Origin: Synechococcus sp.
GTDB lineage: Bacteria > Cyanobacteriota > Cyanobacteriia > Thermostichales > PCC-7336
Direction: 5' to 3'
NCBI GenBank assembly: GCA_051439605.1
Contig: JBFRWN010000070.1
Coordinates: forward strand, 1 to 64,000
Length of the DNA: 64,000 bases
The notes under the pieces were generated by a model, which was not told the origin of the DNA, did not search any database, and saw only the letters and a program-made list of their open reading frames with translations. Shown one piece after another: positions 18,761-26,208 of the stretch (positions are counted from its first letter, which is position 1; every line of letters starts with the position of its first letter). The translations under genes and the position numbers were made by a program.

Positions 18761-19147
18761 GATGCAAGTCGGTGTAATGCGACGCTACACCTTCATACTG
18801 GCCTTAAAGGTGTTGTCTCAGTTCTGAAGAAGTGCTTGACTTCACAAACAGACACCGTACATGAGATTTATTGACCGATGTATGGGTTTCAGCCCTGTTG
18901 AAAAGCGATCGCCCACAGTTCCTATGGTTATGCAGTATTGCTTGGTAGTACCGGGTATCTTGAAAAAATGTGCAATCTAAATCTTGTAACAGCAGATCTA
19001 ATCATCTGTTGGTGCGATCGACGGGTTGACTTTAGATGTGAAGCTACTCTTGTTATCGAGCGTTGAGATCTGGACTCTTCATGGAGTGAATTCTCAACTT
19101 TCCTGAATTGGCTTTCGAGTTGCAGTATTTCTGCCAGAAGTGAGCAT

Positions 19148-22100
19148 ATGCGGAACACATCCCCATTTAAATCCTGGGCTCATCAATACCAAAAGTGGTT
19201 CAACTCGTTAATTGGCGATCGCCTAGCTCTAGACCAGTTACGTTGGTTGCCCTTTGCGATCGGTGGCGGAGTGGCTGTGACGGGTATAACGGTAGCCCTA
19301 CAGCTGAGACAGCTGGAACAAGAGCGTCTCCACAGCACAATACAAATCCAAGTCGAGCAGTTTGCCGATAAACTAACCAATCTTTGGCAAAATCGCCTTC
19401 TCACTGTTCAACATATAGGGAGTATGTCTGCCCGCCAGCATAACGCTCTATCGGAAGCACAATATCACCATGATTCCGAGATCCTATTTGGACCTTTTCC
19501 AGACACAATCGCGTTGGCAAAGCTCGATCGAGAAGGTAACTTGCAACATGTCATTGCCCATTCTGAGGGAGATCGAGACTCTGTTGAGTCTACGATTCAA
19601 TCTCCCGATATCGCCAAGCTGGTGCGCGATCGAGAACCTCAAGACGCCATCCTTACACGCCACGAAGAGTGGATGTTGGCTTATAGTCCTATTGTGAGGG
19701 AGGGAACCTACTCTGGTGCATTAATAGCAGTATTTGACTACCGCAGCCTACTTGAAAAGACGTTCTCCCTTACTTCGCTAGAGTCTCTTGCAGTTGTCAC
19801 CATCACCTGCAATGGCAAACCCTTTTGGAGTAACGGACAAACTACGACTACAGACGAACTTCCCATTGAAGAAAAGTTCGGTTATGCCAAACACACCTTT
19901 GGGATAACAGCACTTCCGCAGCAAAGTACCTTACTAAGTTGGCACTATGGCTCCTTCATTGTGGGAGGAGGCAGTCTAGCATTTGGTGCAATACTTGCTG
20001 GCATGCTGGCTCTGTGGCAAACCTCTTACCGTCGATACCGTAGAGCTACAGACATTAACCAGCAGCTCGATATCGAGATAGAGGCTCACAAACAAGCCAG
20101 AGTTGAGCTGACCAAAAGAAAGAAACAACTTCGAATGGTGCTGGACAATTCCCTGGCATCCATCTTTCAAAAAGATAGCGATCTCAGGTACGTATTGGTT
20201 AACCGGCAGTTTGCCAACCTTTGCGGTCTTGAAATCCATCAGCTACTGGGGAAGCGCGATACCGATCTATTCCCTGCAGAAATCGCCGAGCCTTTAGAAA
20301 ACAACGATCGTCAAGTATTGAACTCGAAACAAGCCCACTGTTTTGAAGAAGAATTGATGTTCGCAGGAAATCAGCGGACTCACTTGACTTCCATCAGTCC
20401 GTTAACGGGAGAAACAGGAGAGGTATACGGCATTTGTGGAGTATCGATCGATGTTAGCGAACGCAAGCTGGTGGAGAATCGGCTGCAGGCTGCGTACAAA
20501 CAATTAGATTTACAGTTCGATTGCGCCCCAATTGCCATCATTGAATGGGATGCTCAGTGCCGAATCACGCGATGGTCCCGCCAGGCAGAACATCTCTTTG
20601 GATGGACCTCCGAAGAACAAATGGGAAGACACTGGGGCGATAGCCACCTGCATCTTTCGGAGGAGGCGGTGCAGGTTAACAGAATATTGCAACGCCTCCT
20701 GTCTGGAGCAGAGGACACTGTTGTTAAAACACAATCCAACATCACAAAATCGGGGACAGTATTGCTGTGTGAATGGCATCACTCTGTGCTGCGGGATGAT
20801 AGCGGTCAAGTGGTTTCTCTGCTGTCTATGGGACTTGATATTACCGCCCGTCACCAAGCCACTCTAGCTTTGCAAGCCAGTGAAAAGGGATTGCGGCAGC
20901 TTACCGAGAACATTCACGAGGTGTTCTGGATTTCGGATCCGCAATCTCACAAAACGTTGTACGTCAGCCCCGCCTACGAGGAAATCTGGGGACGGCAGAG
21001 GGAGGAACTTCTTAACAATCCTGACATCTTGATTCAGTCCATTCATCCTGACGATCGCCAAGCCATTCTAGACAGTTATTTTTTGCAAAAACAGGCGGGC
21101 CAGGAAACAGAGGCTGAATACCGCATTGTGAAACCCAATGGCAAGATACGCTGGATTCGCGATCGCGCTTTTCCAGTGTATGGAGGTAGTGGAAAATTAC
21201 TGCGCGTTGTGGGCTTGGCAGAAGATGTCACCGAAACTAAACAGGCCAAGATTGCATTGCAGCGCAAAAAACGACAACAGAAACTTATTGCCATTATTGG
21301 TCAGCACATTCGTCGCTCCCTGGATGTGAACACAATACTTCAATCTACGGTGGAGGAAGTTAGGCACATTCTAAAGTGCGATCGGGCCATCATTTATGAA
21401 TTTGACTCCGATTGGAACGGCACGATCGCGATGGAGTCGGTCGATGTCGGCGTTACATCTCTGCTTGGGAAGACCTTTGAGGATACCTGTCTAGCGCAAA
21501 CCTCTTGTCTCTATGCCTATGCCAATGGGCAACGCATCCAAGCGATCGCAGATATCTTCGAAGCGGGTCTAGACGACTGTTATCTAAAGCTCTTGGCCAG
21601 TTGCGAAGTCAGAGCAAACCTCGTGGTACCCATCGTTTTTGAACGAGAACTCTGGGGACTTTTGATTGCCCAACATTGTCGCGCTCCTAGACATTGGGAA
21701 GACTCCGAGGTGGATCTACTGAAGCAAATTGCCAACCAAGCGGGAATTGCCATCCAACACAGCCAGTTGCTGACCCAAGCTCAACAGCAAGCCCAACAGC
21801 AACTGTTGCTCAATCAATTGATTCGCAACATTCGTGACAGTCTCGATCGATCGACCGTTCTACAACAGGCTGCGGATTCTCTGCGCATTGCACTCAACGC
21901 TAGTCGGTGCTGCATTAGTTTATGCAACCCTGAAGATGACTTTTTCACAGTTGAATATTCTTCCAACGCTTTAGGAATACTCGATATTCGAGGTCGGTCC
22001 GTCCCCATAGCTGGCAATCCTCACACCCAGAAAGTAATTAACAGCGATGCTGTCGTAGCTGTTGATGATGTGAACCAAAGTGACCTGATGCAGGGAAAAG

Positions 22101-23626
22101 GCAGAGAAGCCGCACATCAGCTTGAAATCGGGGCAATTATCGCTACTGCAGTCCGTACAGAGCAACAGTTCATTGGGGTAATCTCGGTACACCGCACCAA
22201 TCCCCATCGCTGGGCCGATCGCGAGCTTTCGCTCCTGAAGCAAGTTGCCGATCAACTAGCCGTAGCTATCAATCAGGCAACCCTATACGATCGCGTTCAA
22301 ACCTTGAACGAACAGCTGGAACAGAAGGTCGAACAAAGAACGGCTCAGGTGAGTCAAGCGCTGAAGTACGAAGCAACACTCAATCGGATTACCGATAAGG
22401 TGCGAGAGAGTCTGGATGAAGAACAGATCTTGCAAGTCGCTCTGCAGGAACTGACGTCTGTTTTAGACTTGCTTTATTGCAATACTGCTGCTTACGATAA
22501 CGAGGCAAAAGTCGCACAGTTAAACCACGAATATTCCTCCCTCGATGCCTCCTTTTCCCAGGCAGTTGGACAAACTGTTTTGATGGAGGATTTTCCAGAT
22601 CGGTTTAAACAGATTTATAACCGCGAGCCCTTTCAATTTTGCGAACTAAAGCCATCTTTCAATCGTCCACATGCGAGCATACTATGCCTCCCGATCGCCG
22701 ACAATCAAGAGGTTTTGGGAGATATTTGGGCGTTCCGTACATCAGATAGATCGTTTACCGACCAGGAAGTTCGCATCGCCCAACAGGTGGCAAATCAATG
22801 CGCGATCGCTATTCGCCAAGCTCGACTCTATAAAGCTGCCCAGGCCAGGGTGGAAGAACTCGATCGCCTACATCTGATGAAAGATGATTTCCTCAGCACG
22901 GTCTCTCATGAACTGCGCTCTCCTGTGGCAAACATCAAGCTTTCCCTCGACATTCTTCAGGTCGCGCTAGATAAGATGAAGCAGGCCAGTGACGCAAAAG
23001 AGCACGATCGAATGGAGAAAAAAGTTCAGAAATATCTTGAAGTGTTGAATATTGAATGCGATCGCGAAATTTCTTTGATTAAAGACTTATTGGATCTGCA
23101 AAGGCTAGAAGCAGGAACAGAGACGCTTGAGTGGGAATTCGTTAATCTCAAGAGTTGGTTACCTCATATTATTTTGCCATTTGTTGAACGAGCAAAACAG
23201 AACAATCAAACCTTAGCCTACGATTTTCCCTCAAATATGGATGGATTAGTCACCGATATGCCAAGCCTTCAGAGGATTCTGACGGAGCTGCTGACCAATG
23301 CTTGTAAGTACACACCTCCCAAAGAATCTATTATTGTGAAGGCATATAGTCACGACGAGCGGTTTACGTTTCAAATCACCAACACTGGGGTGGAAATTCC
23401 AGAGCGTGAACTTCCCTTAGTCTTTGACAAGTTTTATCGCATTGTTGAAGTCGATCGCTGGAAACAGGGGGGAACAGGGCTAGGACTCGCCTTAATTAAG
23501 CGGCTGACCGAAGAAATTGGTGGAGCAATTAGAGCGTGTAGTAGTGACAACCAGACTACCTTCATAATTGAACTACCAAATCGCATAGATATGTTGGTAT
23601 CTCAGCCAGCTGTCTTAGCAGGTTAA
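19148..23626 (+). CDS. Membrane-bound multi-sensor histidine kinase: 2TM-3xPAS-GAF(cyanobacteriochrome)-GAF-GAF-HisKA-HATPase
   Basis: Three PAS/PAC repeats; first GAF with EDTCL, DDCYLKLL and LWGLLIAQHC; FLSTVSHELRSP H-box, ELLTNACKY N-box and GGTGLGL G2. Confidence 0.93.
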   Translation: MRNTSPFKSWAHQYQKWFNSLIGDRLALDQLRWLPFAIGGGVAVTGITVALQLRQLEQERLHSTIQIQVEQFADKLTNLWQNRLLTVQHIGSMSARQHNALSEAQYHHDSEILFGPFPDTIALAKLDREGNLQHVIAHSEGDRDSVESTIQSPDIAKLVRDREPQDAILTRHEEWMLAYSPIVREGTYSGALIAVFDYRSLLEKTFSLTSLESLAVVTITCNGKPFWSNGQTTTTDELPIEEKFGYAKHTFGITALPQQSTLLSWHYGSFIVGGGSLAFGAILAGMLALWQTSYRRYRRATDINQQLDIEIEAHKQARVELTKRKKQLRMVLDNSLASIFQKDSDLRYVLVNRQFANLCGLEIHQLLGKRDTDLFPAEIAEPLENNDRQVLNSKQAHCFEEELMFAGNQRTHLTSISPLTGETGEVYGICGVSIDVSERKLVENRLQAAYKQLDLQFDCAPIAIIEWDAQCRITRWSRQAEHLFGWTSEEQMGRHWGDSHLHLSEEAVQVNRILQRLLSGAEDTVVKTQSNITKSGTVLLCEWHHSVLRDDSGQVVSLLSMGLDITARHQATLALQASEKGLRQLTENIHEVFWISDPQSHKTLYVSPAYEEIWGRQREELLNNPDILIQSIHPDDRQAILDSYFLQKQAGQETEAEYRIVKPNGKIRWIRDRAFPVYGGSGKLLRVVGLAEDVTETKQAKIALQRKKRQQKLIAIIGQHIRRSLDVNTILQSTVEEVRHILKCDRAIIYEFDSDWNGTIAMESVDVGVTSLLGKTFEDTCLAQTSCLYAYANGQRIQAIADIFEAGLDDCYLKLLASCEVRANLVVPIVFERELWGLLIAQHCRAPRHWEDSEVDLLKQIANQAGIAIQHSQLLTQAQQQAQQQLLLNQLIRNIRDSLDRSTVLQQAADSLRIALNASRCCISLCNPEDDFFTVEYSSNALGILDIRGRSVPIAGNPHTQKVINSDAVVAVDDVNQSDLMQGKGREAAHQLEIGAIIATAVRTEQQFIGVISVHRTNPHRWADRELSLLKQVADQLAVAINQATLYDRVQTLNEQLEQKVEQRTAQVSQALKYEATLNRITDKVRESLDEEQILQVALQELTSVLDLLYCNTAAYDNEAKVAQLNHEYSSLDASFSQAVGQTVLMEDFPDRFKQIYNREPFQFCELKPSFNRPHASILCLPIADNQEVLGDIWAFRTSDRSFTDQEVRIAQQVANQCAIAIRQARLYKAAQARVEELDRLHLMKDDFLSTVSHELRSPVANIKLSLDILQVALDKMKQASDAKEHDRMEKKVQKYLEVLNIECDREISLIKDLLDLQRLEAGTETLEWEFVNLKSWLPHIILPFVERAKQNNQTLAYDFPSNMDGLVTDMPSLQRILTELLTNACKYTPPKESIIVKAYSHDERFTFQITNTGVEIPERELPLVFDKFYRIVEVDRWKQGGTGLGLALIKRLTEEIGGAIRACSSDNQTTFIIELPNRIDMLVSQPAVLAG

Positions 23627-23720
23627 TCCAGAGAAGCCAGCATGATTGAGAACTAGTCTGAATCCATCAATATCCACTTGAATATCCCTATAGTCCAGAT
23701 AATTATTCGAGTAGAAGAGA

Positions 23721-24455
23721 ATGACTACCTCCAGATTAGGACTTGATGGATGTCGTGCGGGGTGGATTGCTTTTTCTGTTTCGCCACACCAACTGCACCA
23801 TCATTTACTGGAAACGCGACAGCAGCTCTTAGCTCTGTTGAACGATGCCTCGTTAACCTTCATCGATATGCCGATTGGGCTTTCGGATAGTGAAGCAAGC
23901 CGCAGGTGCGATCGACTGTTACGTCAGGCTCTTGGGCCCAACTTTCGGTCCAGCGTTTTCAATCCGCCGGTCAGAGCAGCTGTATATTCCGATAGTTATT
24001 TCGAAGCCTGCGATCGCAACGCAGCAGTCACGGGCAAAAAAATCTCTAAACAGTCTTGGAACATTACTGCAAAGATCCGTCTGCTGGATGGACTTCTGCA
24101 GCAGCATCCTCCACTAAGGGAGACGGTACTCGAAAGCCACCCAGAGTTCCTGTTCTTCCAGCTCAATGGTGGCAGGTCTTTATTGAACAAGAAGAAGACA
24201 CCGGCAGGCAAGGAGGAAAGGCTCGCGATACTTGAAAGATGCTGGCCAGGGGTGTCATCTGCCTTTGGACTAGCGCGATCGCAGCATCTCAAAAAGCAGG
24301 TGGCCGATGACGACATTGTGGATGCATTGGGACTAGCCATTGGTGCACATCTGGCCCATCAGGGGGGAGTGCTCAGCCTACCCTCACCCATTGATGTAGA
24401 TTCTGCAGGTATTCCGATGGGGATTCATTACTGTAACCGAGTGACGGCCCAATAG
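23721..24455 (+). CDS. DUF429 domain protein (predicted RNase H-like nuclease fold)
   Basis: LGLDGCRAGW, FIDMPIGL, RRCDRLLR, SSVFNPP, ESHPE and DDIVDA. Confidence 0.88.
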   Translation: MTTSRLGLDGCRAGWIAFSVSPHQLHHHLLETRQQLLALLNDASLTFIDMPIGLSDSEASRRCDRLLRQALGPNFRSSVFNPPVRAAVYSDSYFEACDRNAAVTGKKISKQSWNITAKIRLLDGLLQQHPPLRETVLESHPEFLFFQLNGGRSLLNKKKTPAGKEERLAILERCWPGVSSAFGLARSQHLKKQVADDDIVDALGLAIGAHLAHQGGVLSLPSPIDVDSAGIPMGIHYCNRVTAQ

Positions 24456-25388
24456 ATGGGGATAGCCGAACTTGAAACTCGTATAGTCCAGATAATTATT
24501 TGAGATAACTCCCTACTTTCTTGCCATCCACTAGTGAATGCGCCTAGGCGAATGTATAACTCAGTGTTTTTTAGTTTCGACCCCCGATGCATGACTGTAT
24601 TGCTTCCTCGGGCATCGCTTTACGTCGCATCACACTCTACTCACTCCATATGTACTGCCTACCCTTGGATATGTTCCGACCTCGGACTCTACCCAAATAG
24701 TCCAGATAAGTGAGAGTTATCTGGACTATCAATATGGCCGCAGGCTGAAATGCTTGCTGTATATGGCTTTTTAGGAAACTCTTTCCGCTAAAAAATGACC
24801 GGATTGAGGTGCAAGCAGAGGCGATCGCTCCCATAGGGCTTTCTCTTGCACAAAGCTCAAGTCACTTGATGGTTCGCCTTTATACGTTTATCGTCAGTCC
24901 AACGACCTTGGGCGAGCTATTGCTTTCATCATCTTGTCCAGATCCTTTCGTTCAGTCTTCTCCCTAGTTGCTCGTACCCAGCAGTGGACTTAGGAAAACC
25001 GAATAATTATCTGGACTATCGGTAGCCACATCGTAAGAAATCTAAGTCCGCCGTCCCCCACGATTTTTTTCCTCAGTTGTATGGAAAGGCTTCGTTGAGC
25101 TAAATATCAGCCGATTAAATAGCCAAGCAACTGCTTGCCCCTTAAGCTCTTATGAAACAGCTTCGATCCTCTGCATTGGCCGGAAAAATTATCTGGACTA
25201 TCTATGTTAAATTGCACAGCTAGTACCAGCGGGAGCATTTGAGTTGAACTATGGGCCTCTCTAGCAATTGACAAGCGCGATGGGTACTCAGCCCCTCCCC
25301 TTATTAGGAATAGAGCTTGTAGCCCTGACTGAGATGCAACAAGTATCAGTAGAAATTTGATGTTCGGACTGGAATTCAAATGCAAATC

Positions 25389-25910
25389 TTAGACGGTTGC
25401 CGCTGTTTCTTCTGTGGTTAACTCCTGAGTGGAACTTGCACTGTTCTGAATAACCAACACCGAGCAAGAGGCATGATGGAGCACGTAATTACTGACGCTG
25501 CCCATCAACAATTCACCGATCGCCCCCAATCCTCGGCGTCCTATCACGATCGTGTCGGCCCCCCACTCTTCAGCAATTTCGCAAATGGTTTTCCCCGGCT
25601 CTCCAAACCGGTGACTGTACTCCACATCCACTTGGGCATCCGGAGCGCGTTCTGCATATTCCTGTACGGCCTTAGATGTCCGATCCGCAAATGATTTCAG
25701 TAATTCCAATCCCAACCGATGCATTTCTGCAGTTTCCCGTAAAAATAGCGAGAGATCTTGCATATCTGTCCCCAACGCCATTCCTTCAAACAAAGACGTG
25801 ACGTTCAATAGCAGCGTTTGTGCCCCCATTGCCTCTGCGAGCGCCACCCCCTGTTCAAATACCACTTCGCTGAATTCGGACTTATCTAGAGCTATCAAAA
25901 TTCGTTTCAT
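25389..25910 (-). CDS. Universal stress protein (UspA family)
   Basis: MKRILIALDKSEFS..GEPGKTICEIAEEWGADTIVIGRRGLG..LMGSVSNYVLHHASCSVLVI. Likely start is ATG 25910. Confidence 0.93.
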   Translation of the reverse strand: MKRILIALDKSEFSEVVFEQGVALAEAMGAQTLLLNVTSLFEGMALGTDMQDLSLFLRETAEMHRLGLELLKSFADRTSKAVQEYAERAPDAQVDVEYSHRFGEPGKTICEIAEEWGADTIVIGRRGLGAIGELLMGSVSNYVLHHASCSVLVIQNSASSTQELTTEETAATV

Positions 25911-26208
25911 CTCCGCGCCCTCAGAATTCCACTGGCGTCCCCTAGTTTTAAGTCTAGAGATAGATTGTGGGGAAAGCGTGAGTCTGACAAGCCAGGGATG
26001 TCTTCGATTCCGGAAAACGAAAGAATCGTCGTCACAATAATTATCTGGACTATGGACTCCAGCAACTGCAAGAGCCCTCACTCCCTAAGGTTCTGCTAAA
26101 CCGCAGGAAAGCTACAATCGCGGGCCCCTTTCCAGCGTGGCATTTCCCAACATTGAGGTATCGGTTGTTAAGCTGTTCGGGCAATTGAAAAGCTGCTCTA
26201 AGTGGATG

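Larger units (their letters stand above)
23690..26053. repeat. Array of seven exact 13-bp arms ATAGTCCAGATAA, mirror-symmetric about a 13-7-13 palindrome
   Basis: Plus-strand copies at 23690-23702, 24483-24495 and 24697-24709; minus-strand copies at 24717-24729, 25007-25019, 25189-25201 and 26041-26053. Confidence 0.95.

Noticed and set aside
25881..25894. Arm-like sequences inside genes (TTATCTAGAGCTAT in the USP gene; TATCTGGAC at ~3001)
   Set aside because: These are partial matches explained by coding sequence, so they were not counted as array sites.
23690..26053. CRISPR array interpretation of the repeated 13-mer
   Set aside because: The repeats are too short, occur in both orientations, and are spaced 182-852 bp apart with whole genes between them; no cas genes are present.
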